64,000 nucleotides of DNA from Schizosaccharomyces osmophilus (Eukaryota). Positions 12,812 to 27,298 of the stretch are shown here, one piece after another. Position 1 is the first letter of the stretch; each line of letters begins with the position of its first letter. Made by a program: the position numbers and the translations under genes. Location: positions 1,922,001-1,986,000 of the forward strand of contig NC_079240.1 of the NCBI RefSeq assembly GCF_027921745.1, in the 5' to 3' direction. The notes under the pieces are model-generated. The model worked only from the letters and a program-made list of their open reading frames with translations, did not search any database and was not told the origin of the DNA.

Positions 12812-14473
12812 TTACTTTTTTGGGGAAATCATTAACTCGGGACGAACCCATTGCTCAAACTGTTCGGCAGAGCCATAACCCAAATCAACAAACTCCTTTT
12901 TAAGGGTAGTTTGGTTCTTGTGAGCAGTCTTGGCAACCTTGGCACAGTTGTCATAACCAATGTGGGTATTTAGAGCAGTGACAAGCATCAAAGAGTCATT
13001 CAAATGACGGGCAATACCTTCACGGCTGGCTTCAATACCGTCAACACAGTGTTCGGTAAAAGACTCACAAGCATCACCGAGTAAGCGAACACTGTTCAAG
13101 AGGTTCTTGGCCATAACCGGCTTGAAGACGTTCAATTCGCAGTGGCCAGAAGCTCCGGAGAAAGTAATGGTGGCATTGTTACCCATAACTTGAGCACAAA
13201 CCATGGTCAAAGCTTCACATTGAGTAGGATTGACCTTACCGGGCATGATAGAGCTACCTGGCTCGTTGGCAGGAAGGACCAACTCACCCAAACCACAACG
13301 AGGACCGGAACCAAGTTGGCGAATGTCATTGGCGATCTTCATGAGAGAGCAAGCAACGGTGTTCAAAGCACCACTCGTTTCAACAATGGCATCGTGAGCA
13401 GCCAAAGCCTCGAACTTGTTGGGAGCAGTCTTAAACTCAATTCCAGTAATCTCAGTGATTTTGTCGGCAACCTTAACGTCAAATCCTTTGAAAGTGTTAA
13501 GACCGGTACCTACGGCGGTACCACCTTGGGCAAGAAGAGAGAGACGAGGAAGGGCATTGTGGACACGAGCAATGCCGTATTCCATTTGAGTAACATAACC
13601 CGAAAATTCTTGACCTAAAGAGAGAGGAGTGGCATCTTGCATGTGAGTACGGCCAATCTTGATTATATCTTGGAACTCGTCTTGCTTCTTCTTCAAAGAG
13701 TCGCGAAGAAGCTCCATGGCGGGAAGGAGATGCTTACGAATTTGCAAGACGGAAGCGATATGCATAACAGTGGGGAAAGTATCATTAGACGATTGAGACA
13801 TGTTGACATGGTCGTTAGGGTGAACAGGCTTCTTGGCGCCCAAAGTACCACCAAGCAATTCAATAGCACGGTTGGCGATCACCTCATTACTGTTCATGTT
13901 GGATTGGGTACCTGAGCCAGTTTGGAAGACAACCAAGGGGAAGTTGTCATTTAAGCGGCCGTCAATAACTTCTTGGGCAGCCTGTTCAATGGCACCAGCA
14001 AGCTTGGGGTCCAAGCCAAAAGTTTTGTTGACGGAAGCGGCAGCAAATTTCAAGATACCAAAGGCTTGGACTAAAGGAAGGGGAAGACGCTCGCCAGGAC
14101 CTCCGATACGGAAGTTTTGAAGGGAACGTTGAGTCTGTGCACCCCAGTACTTTTCGGCAGGCACTTGTACGGGGCCAAAGGTGTCAGATTCTTGGCGAAA
14201 TTCACCAACTTGAGCGCCCTTTGGGCGCAAAGGCTCGGCGGAAGTAGTAGAGTTCATCCTCTTTTGTTCCGAAAAAGTCTAGATAGAGAAATTAGTACAG
14301 GAGATTCAGACTACATGGAGCATCCGAGTAATCAACGTCGATGATCATGCAAGTGAAAAAAAAAAAAAAAAAAGCCTTACGTTCAAAGTGGATTGAAGAA
14401 GTCGTTTGCAAGAGAGGGCAGAACCAGGAGCCAAAGCAGCTTTTGCTGGACTAAAAGAAGAAGCTATGGACAT
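12812..14473 (-). CDS. fum1: Fumarate hydratase (class II), exons 14473-14381 and 14278-12812
   Basis: [11 protein letters not shown] signature, FQTGSGT, KIGRTH. The upstream exon encodes a Ser/Ala/basic presequence, spliced in frame through GTAAGG..CTAAT..TAG. Confidence 0.96.
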
Positions 14474-16176
14474 GAGAAATGCAGTCAAATAAGCCGTATT
14501 TAAACGATAGAATAGAAAAAAAAAAAAAAAAAGACGAAACTAGATTACGATCAATCTGATCAGTAGGCTACTTCAACCTATCACAGTAACGAGAAAAATG
14601 AAAATGTACAGATAAATACGGGAAACGTTTAATAGATTGTATAAAACAAACTACTATTTTTCAATCTTGTTAGAACGCCAACGGACTGTCAACCGGGTTT
14701 GTTACACGGGTCGTACCTTCAGAAACGAACGAATGGGGAAGAAATTAGTAGTTTGGATCTAAAACCAACAAAATCTAGGCAATTTGATCCGTAGAATCAA
14801 GAAATCTGAATCAAACCTTGTAGAGTTGTAGCGATTGTTACAAAGAAAGAAAGAGCGGATTCTTGTTTTGGGCAAGTTGTCCTCACATATGACTCAACCG
14901 CTACAGATATCATCGGAATTGTTACTCGATCGCGGGTAACGAATAACTCGCGGTAGAGGATGTTATGAAGCTTAACGATACGTAAAAAAGTGAGCTGTAT
15001 TACGTAAAGCCATATAGTGAGGCGGTTGGTAGGAAAGGGGAATCTTTTGTGTTTCGGCTAAAATGGTTTGTTTTCAATAAGTGACGTCGTGAGTTGTTTG
15101 TAAATAAACCGAAAATAACAAATAAATAATAATAAATAAATAAATTGCATGAGACAGGTTGGAGGATCTATTTATAAATGTTTCATGAAAGAATGAAAAG
15201 CATTGCAGAAAGAGTTACCATTCACAATAAATCCCTGGTCGAGAAACAGTCATCTCTTTGTTGCTAAGCTTTAGTAGAATGAGCTTTTCAGTTCTTTCGA
15301 CTTTTCAACTATCCGTTGAGTAAGATGGTGATTGTTTTCAATTTGTAACTCGAGTTTTCTATTACAGATTCTGCTTTCAGGACAGAGGTGATGGAATTCA
15401 GGTACGATAATGTTCCCATTCAAAGGAAGAAACAAACGATTCCTAATTGTACTTATGAAAATTCAGATGGCGAATGAAATCTCTTATTTATTCAGTTACT
15501 TTACTAGTTTACAGTTCTTAGTACATCTATTATGAAAGATAAAACAGCGCATGTGCACCAACTCATGTATCCCATTGTGTACATTGTGTACCTTTTTGGA
15601 TGCTTTTCGGATCTTGGAAGGGTATCAATGGGAAAAAATATTGTAAAATTGTAGAAAACTCGAGAAATATGGGAGCGAAAATCCAAAAGATTCAAAATTG
15701 CTTGAAATGTTTGATAATTCCTACCAGGATTCCCTGTGAGCCCTTTCTCTCGCTACCCTTCCCTTGAAAAAAATTCTTCTGTTAAATAGAATTTATTAGC
15801 TCAAAATTGACCTTTATTTAAGACATCTCCAACGTTCATGCAGACACAAAGAATGTCAAGCGAAAGCTCAACAGATCAAATCCGTCATGCATGAATTCGT
15901 TTCACACAAAAAAAAAAATAAGAAAGAAAGAAAAGAACTCCAATACTTCAAGGAAAAAACCGCATTCTTAGGAAAATGCTTCTCTGTCTCCTTTCAAAAA
16001 AATTTCGTCGCACAAGACCTTGAACTCTTTCAGCAATAAACGTTTCTTTTTTTTTATACTATAAACCCAGTCTTAAGGAAGAGAGAAGCTATTTTGACAC
16101 GTTTCAAGGGTTTGACTTTTGTTGAGCGCCTGTTGCTCTCACTTTTCCTTCACCCATACCTCTAATAATTTTCATA

Positions 16177-17168
16177 ATGGCCGACCAACTCAAATCTTTA
16201 CCTCGTACAGCTCGTCAATTATATGATTTTAGTTCAACAAAGATTCCCAATGCATTAACTCAACAAGAACTACTCGATGGAGTTGGCGGTTCTGTCTCGG
16301 TGAACAATTTGAGCAGTTCTCTCAATTTGCTGCTCAGTAAGCGGCTTTTAGAAGCTCTCCAGCAAGGAAATACCCTAGTTTATCGTGCTGTTCCCTTGGA
16401 AGAGGCTAAAACGTATGTATAATCCCAATTTCCTATCCTTGAATTCCCATCCATCTTCCCCGTTTCGCGCTATGGACGTTTACTAACAGTTTGTTTAGAG
16501 TTTCTACTATGGAAGGAGATGAACAAATCGTTTATGATTTTATCAAGAATGCTGGCAATGAAGGTATATGGACAAAGACGTTAACCCTGCGAACCAACTT
16601 GCATGTTCACGTAGTCAATCGATGCCTGAAGGCGCTCGAATCCAAAAATTTGGTAAAGCCAATTAAGAGCGTGAAAAATCCTACCCGCAAAATATACATG
16701 CTATATGACTTGGTACCCAGTAGTGAACTTACTGGTGGTCCTTGGTTTACTGACCAAGAACTCGATGTCGAATTTATTGAGAATCTAAAAAAGGTTGTAT
16801 ACAGGTTCATTCATGCTAAAAGCTTTCCACCAAAGAAAAACGCTACTGGCCCCGATATGATATGGTCTCCTGAGTACAATGGGTTTCCTACAGCTTTACA
16901 AATACATACATGGCTTCGCAACACGAATATTACTGAAGTAGAACTTTCTCTTGGAAACGTTATTTCCTTAGTTGATGTTTTAATATACGATGGTAAGGTA
17001 GAGAAACGCTCTGATGGCGTTTCCTACCGTTCTGTTCGACCATCTCCCGATACTACAAATGCCTTCACCGAGGTACCTTGTGGTGCTTGCCCAGTGGCAG
17101 ATATATGTGGTGTAGGAAGTCGGGTTTCACCAGTTACTTGTGAATATCTTGACAAATGGTTGAGCTAG
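16177..17168 (+). CDS. rpc34: RNA polymerase III subunit Rpc34, intron 16413-16498
   Basis: AGNEGIW, KIYMLYDLVPSSELTGGPWF and a C-terminal 4-Cys cluster (CGACPVADIC..C). Confidence 0.94.
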
Positions 17169-17573
17169 TTTTTTTTTTTTTTTTTTTTTATTTCTTGTGA
17201 TCTACACTTGAAACTAATATTGTACGATAGTTAAAGGTTTATTATTTGTTATTTCTAATTTTTTGGTTTTTGGTTTGGTTTGGGTTTCGGCGGTGCTCAA
17301 GGGTCAGAAAACATCAGCTGGAAAACAGCTTAATAAAATTGCAGGTTTTATATTCAATTCGCTCCAATTCGATTTTTTTTTTTATCGCTTATTCGAACAA
17401 GTTTGTCTTAGGAAATTTATATTTATACCTAATGTTTTACCAACTATTGTCAGAAAAGTATAGTTAATAACCGAGTTACCCGTTGATCATTTTATTTAAA
17501 CCTCTATGTTAGATAAGCATTAAAATATAGTGTAATTTTCTTCACCCTTAGCCGGGACATTCATCAGTAGCTT

Positions 17574-20500
17574 TTATTCTCTATGAAGATCCAAAAGTTG
17601 ACTTATTACTTCAACATACTTCTTCACGGTAACGGCTTCTGTGCTCCAAGCTTGTTCTGCATTAATTTGAACAGAATCCTGTAACTTTCTTGAAAGTGAA
17701 AACACAGACTGTAAGAGTGCTTTGTCTTTATTAGACATTACCTTTAAAGGTACCTTCATTAATGCCAATATAAAGATTTGCAAAAGTTGAAGCATTAAAC
17801 GCTGAACTTGAGGTCGAAGGTGTTGAATACCGCCTATATTTAGTTAATTATTTTTTCATCATGACTTGTACGAGATGACATACCTTGTTTACATAACTGC
17901 AACAACAATTGAACCACTAATCGTATATAATCCATCGTTAAAACAGAATGAACAGCAATTTTGTTTTGTGCAAGTGTAATCAAGAAGCACTGTCCTGCTT
18001 CCAAACCACTTATGACTTCAATAATTTCTTTCCCGGAAGCCAGTATATCTGAAAATATTTTTGAGAAGGCATCAACAAAGGAGCCAATAAAGTTGCGACG
18101 CAAGTAATATTTGTACAAGTGAGTTGAAATGTCCGGTGATAGTCTGTGTAGGAAATTCAACGTGATTACCGATAATTCCCAGCACGATCCACTTGTGTAC
18201 AACGCATCTTTGGTTAAAACATCCAAAAATGAAGAGCTCAATAAGCTCGAATTCATACACTTATCTAAAGTTTTTAAGAATTCCGGATCCCCATCTTCCC
18301 TGCTCAGTGTACTAGTACATTTTTGAAAAGTAGTCAAAATACTTAACAAAGATCCATATAGATTCTCACGTATGCTTTCATCAGATGACTGACACTGAAT
18401 GCCTTTAATTAAGCTAACAATTATTCCATGTACTCCTTCAACAAAATAAGTTAGCTTTCCATATTCTTCTGATTTTAAAGCATTCATCTTTTTTAGTGCA
18501 TAAGGAACAATAGTTTCGATGACTGCAGTGGTAACTGAGACAGTATTCTGGTTTTCTAAGCTGTAATTTGATGCACCTGGAAGTAACAAACGCAACAATT
18601 CCCAAATAAATTCATCAAAATATACTTCAGGAATTGAAGAATGACAATCCTCAATTAAGACACCAGTTAGTCTAGCCCATGACTCTAAGCAATCATGAAC
18701 ATGCTGAAGGAAAACAACCCGTGCGTTGAAAAGATCTAGGCGATTGGAAAGATCCTGTAACTTCTCTCTCTTTTGGTTGTACCAAACTTCTTTTTCTTCA
18801 TTAGTTCCTTCCATGGTCGATGCTTCAGTATCGAATAGGAGTTTGTACATTTTAACAACTCTATCAGTGTCGAATTGAAAATCATTGACTCCATTATCGA
18901 ACTTTGTCACAAACATGCTTAAATTAAAACCTGGCACTTTAGGTAATTCGGATGCTATTTTTCTGTTGTCGATCCTCAGAATATCCATAAAATCTAGTAT
19001 CTTAAAACCAGACGATTTCTGAGATAACTGCGAAGTCCTTAGTCGATCTGCGCTTCCAATAAGGGAAGTAACATATTCTTTTGACTGCTTCTTTTTTCCT
19101 AACGAGGAGGTAAAATGGATTTCCGTCAGTAACATTGTCATTACTTGTGCACGAGCATGCAAGCATCTCGAAAAAACATTGACTTCTTCTGTAGATAAGC
19201 TTTCGAGATTTTGTATGCTACTTTGAGAGATTATAGGCTCGACATTAACAAGGTTCACAAGGAAATGAGGACGGTCCCTAAGAACTGCCAGAGTAGCTTC
19301 ATAAGTCAACGGAGAAGAACAGAGATGGGCAACAATTTCCAAAGCTTCGACCATAACTAAAGGAGTCTCCAAAACGACATCATCTTGTGTTCTCAATTCT
19401 ATGAAGTTTAAGAGCGAGTTCAATAGAGAGATCTGTGAGCCAACATAACCAGGTTCATCTCTAACGATTACTGCGTTTGTGGAAGATATATCGAATCCTA
19501 AAATCAACAAAGCAAGTGAAAAAATACCCTTGCTTTGTTTTAAATTATTCAATAGAAAACGCAGTATAAATGAGGATTCACTACCGGAAGATAACAACAT
19601 ACGCGATCTGAATTCAAAAGCCCGGATAAAACCAAAAATAATGCGCTTCGACTCATTCGCGGTTCTAACAATTGAGCACAACAGCTTATTTTCGTCAGTA
19701 CTGCCTTTATTCATAAAGCCTTCGGAATCTACCAAGAAACCCAAAATTTCAATCGCTGGTTGTACGAAACATTGATGCCGAGATCCTACCAATAAAGCAA
19801 GGTGAACAATAGAAGATATCCTAGTCATGAACACTTCCCGATAAGCTCTCCTGGAAATAGTCAAATCTAAAATATGTTTACTTATTCCCAATTCAGTAAT
19901 ATAAGGAATTACATTTTTAAATAACTCCCTTTGCAGAGCGAGAACGTCACGAAGAATAAAAAGAGATTGTAAGACGGTAGAAACCAGTAGCGGAGGAACT
20001 GCAACATCTTCAATTTGGTCAAAGCCGAACTCAACAAGGTCGAACAAACCAGAATAGACATTTTCAACAAAAACTGCTTCCAGCAAGTAAATCGCCGGAT
20101 GCCTTGTCAAATAAACATATAAGCTATTGTTCTGAACTTTGTCTTTGATTCTGTTACCAAAAAGTCGGAAATAAATTAAGAGATTCAAATTGAGATCATC
20201 AAAAACAGCAGAGATAAATTGAAGGCATGAGTTTGTTATTTTTAGGGACTCGGCATCATGCATAGTTCTCCATTGAGTAGAAGATAGAACCAAAGTTTCA
20301 ATTACAAAATCCACGTAAGGCTTAACACCGGATGCACGATAGGAAGATCCCAAGTTTTCTGGGAAAGTAAGGGTCACACTGAGTTCATTTTTAGACCGAA
20401 TCAAAGAAGTTAAAAATTTAATAAAGGCAATTCTCATGCCTGGAGTAGCCGTCAACCTTCTTATATTATTTAATAAAGGACCAAATGCACTAGGTGACTT

Positions 20501-22564
20501 AGGGAATACATTTTTAGAATTAATGGCAAACGGTATCGGTGCAAGCCCACCATCGATGTCAAATAGAACTGAAGTAATGAACCAGTTATCCAAATAGTTC
20601 CATAAGGCATTATTAAGAAAACCAGATGATTGGTGCGACATTGATTCAAGTGCCGTTAATATCGTGCAGCGCACGCTTTCTATTAATCTGCATTCTAATA
20701 ATTCAAAGAAAGTCCCGGTTGGGTTTAGTGTCTGATCTTCACACAGGGAAACCAAGATTTGCGAGCTGTTTCGAGTTACAGTAGCAAATAACAAAACATA
20801 TCCTTGTAAGATGAAGGAAGAATTAATGTCAATTTCGCCAGGTTCAGTATGAACGCGTGCAACACCCGAAGAAGTTACAACGGTCTGAATGGGTTTTAAC
20901 TGAGAAATATAGTAATGGAATACATTAAATATATATGACCAATTTGTTCCAGTTACTGCAGAGTTGTCGAAATGACTAGTTTCCGCGGCCGGTTCCGACA
21001 TCAATTCATGAACTTTCGTTGCGGTAAATTCGTTGGTACATATAGAAACCAGTAAAAGTGTAAATGAGGTGGTAATTCCCGGAATCTGAGATTCCATAGA
21101 CCAGGTTAAAAAGCCATACATATCGCTTTCGATGTCGGACCAAAAGTCCAATGACCACGACTTATCGTATGTATATATGGAAGATAACAAATGATAAAAT
21201 TCCTCAAAAGGAAAAAAAACATATTGAAGATCTTCAGTAGCTGAATCAGAATGAGCGGCGTTTGTTAGGTACTTGTCCTCTTCAAGGAGCCTAAGTACTT
21301 TCAGAATCTCAGGCATATAACTTATAAATGATTGACAAAAAGAACGGAACTTGGAAAATATTATATTTACCAACAGCGGACGAATAGTTGGCCAGCTGGT
21401 TGAAAGGCGTGACCGAGGCTTGAACGCAAAACTCCATTCCATTCGTTCGTCATCCGCTTGTCGAAAGGGAAGTATAACAAAAGTTATTATATCAGAAAAT
21501 ACGCCTGCGTGAATAATGTCACTAGCGGGATCCTTGATTGTCAAAGCATAATCTATAAAAGAGGGAACATTTACAATATGTTTACAGGCTTCGTTAAGGT
21601 ATGTAAGCCACCATATTCCTAATATCTGCTTGAACTGAGGACAACTCCAGCTTGAGGCCGCTGTCTTTATAAGCAAGTGATGTATATGCTGTAAAGTGGG
21701 AGGTGCAACACTGAGTTTACCATCTCCTTCTGGAAGAAACTCGACCTGAAGAAGCTTTTTCAAAAAGCTTAGCAGTGAAGGTAATATGAGAACTGCAATT
21801 TTACTGTTAGGTTCATTCTTGCTGAGTGTGGACAAAAGAGACTCAAAGTGGGATTGCTGCAACAATCCAAGCTCTGATAAATGATAAAGAATAATAGCAA
21901 CAGTTTCCAGTTCGGCGATATGAGCTTCATGAGACAACTTGATGTATTCCTGAAAATCAACAACATCAGCGATGCCTAGTACTTGACCATTAGCTTCACT
22001 TCGAAGTGTTTCTGTTATTTTTGTATCCAAAATAGTAACAAAATCACAGCAAGTTTTTACAATGTCTTTTCCCGCGTTACATAGACTGTTCAAGTAGGAA
22101 CGCAAAGCCTTTGCAATTTCAGAATCCAAATCTCTAAAGGATGCAATTTTCGTGAGCAACTCTAAGGATTCAAGGAGCTGTTCACGAGACAAGAAAAACA
22201 TGTATAAAGCAGCTTGAATTGGAGTACGGTCCAAGGCTTGCGAGGCTTCTACACCTTTTTGCAGAAGACAAGCAGACTGAATTTCATCCATAGAAAGCTT
22301 TGATGAAATTGTAAGAGACTGCTTGATAAAAGTCTCATTCAGCTTGCAGACCATTCCATTCAGTTCTGCTTCCCCAGATTCCAATTTATTTCGAGATGCT
22401 GCATTTGGAGGATCTATAGTAAGAAAGTTTTGAAAATCTTTTGTATAAGAATCCAAACACTGCACTAATAAGCGCGAAGAGACATTGGGATTGCTGGGAT
22501 TGCTTTCGATGCACTGCAAGAGGTAAAAGAGAGCGGAAAAGTGCTGAAGCTCCCAGACATCCAT
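17574..22564 (-). CDS. nup186: Large scaffold nucleoporin (Nup192/Nup205 family), intron 17883-17834
   Basis: ~1,650-aa alpha-solenoid ORF containing FPENLGSSYR. A GTATGT..TAG intron joins ORF 17840-22564 to ORF 17574-17795 in frame. Recalled synteny supports the name. Confidence 0.85.
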
Positions 22565-23480
22565 GGTGCAGAGCTTAAATGGTTTTTAAAAACAAGCCTG
22601 CAAGTGTAAGCCGTTTATAAAAAAAGCAAACTTCGAGTTTTGTGGAGGTGAGATGGGACTTGGGGAAATGTAGGTATCCTATACGAGGTGTATGGACAGA
22701 CAGGTAATTTGTCTTTAGTATTATAGGATCAACCAGAAAGAGGGTAATCTAAATAAATAATGAATTCAAAAAGGTATTTAACGAAGGAAAATGAAAACTC
22801 AGTCTCAAACAAAGTCAGGTAAAGCTTCTGTCTGAATAGTAAATCCCGACTCGGAGAGGGCTTTACAGAGGGGAAAATGACAGAAGAGAGAAAATTTGCA
22901 ATCAAGTATTTTGAGCAAACAGTTGATTGCAGAGACAGTGAAAGTTGTACACAGCAGCAAAGGCAAAGACACCAAGGAGTAATGAAGCGATATCATTCTA
23001 CACTCTATAATGAATAGCAATGATTCTTTGCCTCGTAGAAATTACAATAGGATTGACTGAAGATGCCTTTCGTGTACAAGTCTGTATACATTTTTTCGAA
23101 GAAACTCGAAATTAAATAGCAGCAACAAACCGCGTTCTTCATGTTGTTTTTTATCTAAATCTCTCCTAAAATTGCATTTTCCTCGTTGTTTACCAACGTG
23201 TCCAAGCGTATCTTACAATAGGATGCAGCGCACTCTAACAAACTTGTTTATATTTATTAGAGCATAAACAAAGAGAAGTATACGCATTTTGTGAAGTTAA
23301 CGGTTTTTTGAAAATAAAAAATTAAACAAGTAAGAAACTGTTTCTGGATTTGGAAAACCGAGGTATTTGCGGAAATTCCATTTCTTAGTGTTAGGGAATA
23401 AAACTGGAAAAGGCATATGCTCATAAAAAAACAGCATATGCTTAAATGCGTCTAGTTTTGCTCTTCAGCTTTTTTACAAA

Positions 23481-23592
23481 ACGCGGCTATAAACGCGTTT
23501 TTATTATTAGAAGTTTTATAATAGATTTAGTTTTGTAAAATATGTAAAAATACATGTAAAAAGAGATATACCTCGTTTTTATTTAGACGCGA
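23481..23592. promoter_or_regulatory. Cluster of MCB (ACGCG/ACGCGT) elements upstream of ams2
   Basis: ACGCG 23481-23485, ACGCGT 23493-23498, ACGCGA 23587-23592. ams2 is a known MBF target in S. pombe. Confidence 0.7.
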
Positions 23593-23757
23593 CTCGAGTC
23601 TTGTGTTTACACCGTGTACGTGTTTCATGGGCTTTCAAACTTACCAACAGCACATCGCCGCATTGGCACTAACATCTAACTGCTTTTTCGTTTCAGTTTA
23701 TTAATTGGTCTGAAATTTGCTGATGCCAGAGGCTGAGAATTCTCTTGGTTAACAGCT

Positions 23758-26041
23758 ATGGAAGAAAGATTGGGTTCTGTATTAGTAGTACCGTGTATGT
23801 AAGCTTTAATTGCTCCTTCTAAGAAACAATTTTTGATGAACTTTATATATTTGTTTGCTAAAATACTAACTGCCTCTTGTTGCTTTTAGTACGTGTTATT
23901 TACAGCATTGACCGTGCGTCCTCCATCCGTTGCTTAGCAAAATCGAGACATGCTGTGCCTGTCCAAGTCTTGATTACATTTGATAAGGGAAAAATCATTT
24001 GTCAAGTAGATGCCCGACATGCTGTCGAGGCTATTTTGAATTGCAGGTATGATGATGAATTTTATGCCTTACAATCAAGAAATCAGAATGCCGATTCAGT
24101 TTCCATATGAAAAGACAGTCTTGGGTCTTTTGTTGGGCTTGGTATTAATACCGTCGCTTAAATGTTTTGATGATTATTTCGTTTACTAACCTTCGTAGCC
24201 CAGAACTCAATTGCAAATCGGATCAAGAATTCAGTGTGTATGCCTTGGATCATTTAGAAGCTGATGAACTGTTTGTTGGATTAGGATTCCTTTCATCGCT
24301 GTCATCCCAGTCTATTCCAGGTCCTCCCAAAAATCTTTCACCGGAAACTGTCTGGCTGAACGGAAAAGTTGTAGAGACTGGTTTACAACGCTCCCTGGAA
24401 ATTCACCTTCGTTTACAAGCCGTTCCTTCCACAACTAATTCAAAGGTTCACAATGAAGCTCTTCCTCCTTCTCTCATCCTTGACAACTCCTCTTCTGACC
24501 AATCTGACTCCGCAAGCTTCTTTGACTCTGCCTATTCTTCTGCGAACCTGGCTACAATTCCAAACCCCGAATCTGATTTGTATCCTAGCCCCGTACCTTT
24601 ATCATCTCGATTTACGGATCCTCCTTCAGAGGGCTTAGATTTTGATTCTATTTATCCCCACAGTAACAACCAAAATGACTACTCAACAGCTCCCTTTTCA
24701 GAACCCTATGGCATGGAACCACCGTCATCCAATGTCCATCCTGCGACAGATCCTGTATGTCCGTCCACTTCAATTACAGAATCCATATCCAATGCTGTAT
24801 CCAAGAAGAAGCGTAAGCGTGATCCGACTCCCCTTTGCACATTCAACTCTTCTGATTCAAACGTTCCGTCTGAACGCGAACATGTTCAAGACTTTATAAA
24901 AGAGCAAGTTAAAATAGCACGTGCACGTATAGAAAAGCGCTTGCCAACTATACGGGGAAAAGATCGAATCGAGGAACAGCTTACAAATAGTCTTCGTGAA
25001 GGAAAAATCCCTCCTTATTGTCAAAATTGTGGTGCTATAAAAACTGCAAATTGGCGTAACGCTAATTTCATGAACACAACGATCATGCTTTGTAATGCTT
25101 GTGGAATTTATTGGACTACAAGACACTCAATGCGGCCAAGATCCCTCTGGAGCACGTACAAAAGCTTAGAATTGGAAAAACCTTCTGAACTAGATTCTTT
25201 TGCTCAACTAGAAATTGCCGTGTACAAATTATCTCAACAAAGAAAGCCCTTAATTCCAGTTTTTCGTCAGCTAGAAACAGCAGGTCGTCATTCTCCCCTT
25301 CCAAAAGTGACTTCCAAATCCTCAGGTTCCACAACTGAATTAAAGAACACGTCAAACAAAATCGGGCTACAAGGAACACGGTCCGAGAATTTACTTAATA
25401 ATGATTTACGACAGATTCAGTCTTCTCCGGTTGTGAAAACGACTAACAATAATGTTCGAGAATCGTCAAGAGAACCATTATCTGAAATAGGCACAAACAG
25501 CACATGGCTTGTATTACCGTCATCGGCGAGTGACGATATTCGAAGGCCCGAGCCTGAAAAAGTAATGAGCAGTAATCCAAATAAAGAGAATGAAAATCGG
25601 CTGCCAAAGCAATACATGAAGCAAGTAATCAGAAAGCCAGACGAAGATGCAGAACCTACCCTTCCCGTTTGTGACTTGGAAAAGGATGTAGATGATCAAT
25701 TGGAGAGTTTATTTAAAACACCCCCGAAGCCGAAAAGAGCCAAACAAAGTCCATCACCTTGGCGTTCAGAACTGTTTGTGTCCGATTTAGGTCAAATTAA
25801 TCTAACCCCCGAGTTTAAACCCAAATTTGATTTAACCAAGGCATTGAGTGCAGCTGTGAGATCCGATAATAAAGAAAATTCACCCCACTTACCTGAAAAC
25901 ACGGAAACTGCTGAACTGTTTCCAGAGTTCATGCAGTCGCCCTTGGTTGATGCGGATGAAAGAAGAACAGTTTCATTAGCGACAGATTTGGCGATGCCGA
26001 GTAGTCCTCCAATGGCTCCAATTGACAGGTTTATATCTTAA
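23758..26041 (+). CDS. ams2: GATA-type transcription factor Ams2 (histone gene activator), exons 23758-23794, 23890-24046, 24199-26041
   Basis: GATA finger CQNCGAIKTANWR..LCNACGIYW, an Ams2/Spt21-type N-terminus (LRVIYSID), KEN boxes and an in-frame splice model. Confidence 0.9.
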
Positions 26042-27298
26042 GGTTCCATAAAATTTGCCAAGTTTGCTTCCTGTCTTACTCAATGGGACTTATATTTTCT
26101 AAATTTCATTTATTTTTGGATCTCTGTGCAATTCGCTCGTTCTATTTAACCTATACCTTAATGTTTTTATGATTTTACTTTCTTCCGTTTGTTGCGGATG
26201 TGGTTATTACCTTTTTGTACTTAACCTTATAAATCAAATGTTCGCACTGGCTAATTCAATTCTATTTATCACAAGGTCTGGCTAATGAACATAATATTTT
26301 TTTGACTAATTGAATATCACTATTGGATTTGAGGGAGTCCTCCTGAATTCTCTATTTATATTCTTCTCTTTTTATTAGTTTAAGTGAGTTACGCTTCCAA
26401 ACAGCAAGACTGTTGAAACCTCTACTGTGTTTGACCTGAGTATGTCATTTATTGCTATTGGGTTTGACATGACTATTTCACTAACGTATTGGACCGTCTG
26501 ACATGGTACAAGCAACTGTCATTTCTCACTTTTTGATGTTTGTTGTATAGAATATAAACTTCATATGGAGGTATAATCGCTTTGATACGACCTAAATTAA
26601 TAACTTTGCTAATAAATAATAACTTATTCCTTGGATTCATCAGCTTATTCCGGCATTGAAAAAGCGTATAACCAAGGCTTGCAAGTTGAAAATTGAAGCA
26701 CCAATTTACCTTTAGAGAGAAAGATGAGACAAGGCAAGGATACAACATCCCAAGTAAACTCTTCTTTAAAACACAGTTTGGCAATTACCTGAGGCAATTC
26801 TCAAACAGCGAAGAATGGAAGAGATATCAATGGTCAGACATTGCTTTTCAAAGTCTTGCACCGTTGTTTCGCATTTGCTTCTTTCAAATCCAAGTAACTT
26901 TTACATTCCTACCTTTTTCAAAAAACATAATTGCAGTTAATGACTCTAAAGATGAATTTTATGACGCCTAAATACATTTTATCATTTGTTTACTAAGATA
27001 ACGTAAGGCAAAGTAAAGAACTGAACCGTAATATATAAAGGCAGCATTATGTTAGATTGGGCAGTACATTGCAGAGCACTATAGATGACGCAAAGCATTC
27101 GTTCACTCGAAACCCTTCAGAATTTTATAGTCGATTCTGACCTGAACACGTATTTCAATTACGAAGTTTGTACACGGAAAGCCAAAAAAATAAAGAAATA
27201 TTGAATTTCTTCTCGAAATTTGAATTCCTTTGATATAGCTACCTTGGATACTTTTTTTTGCGGCCAAAAAGGCCAAATTTTGTTTAGGTTGTTCGACT

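Noticed and set aside
26473..26971. Overlapping 103-aa and 92-aa ORFs between ams2 and ptc1
   Set aside because: Non-ATG starts, no recognisable motif and no convincing splice model.
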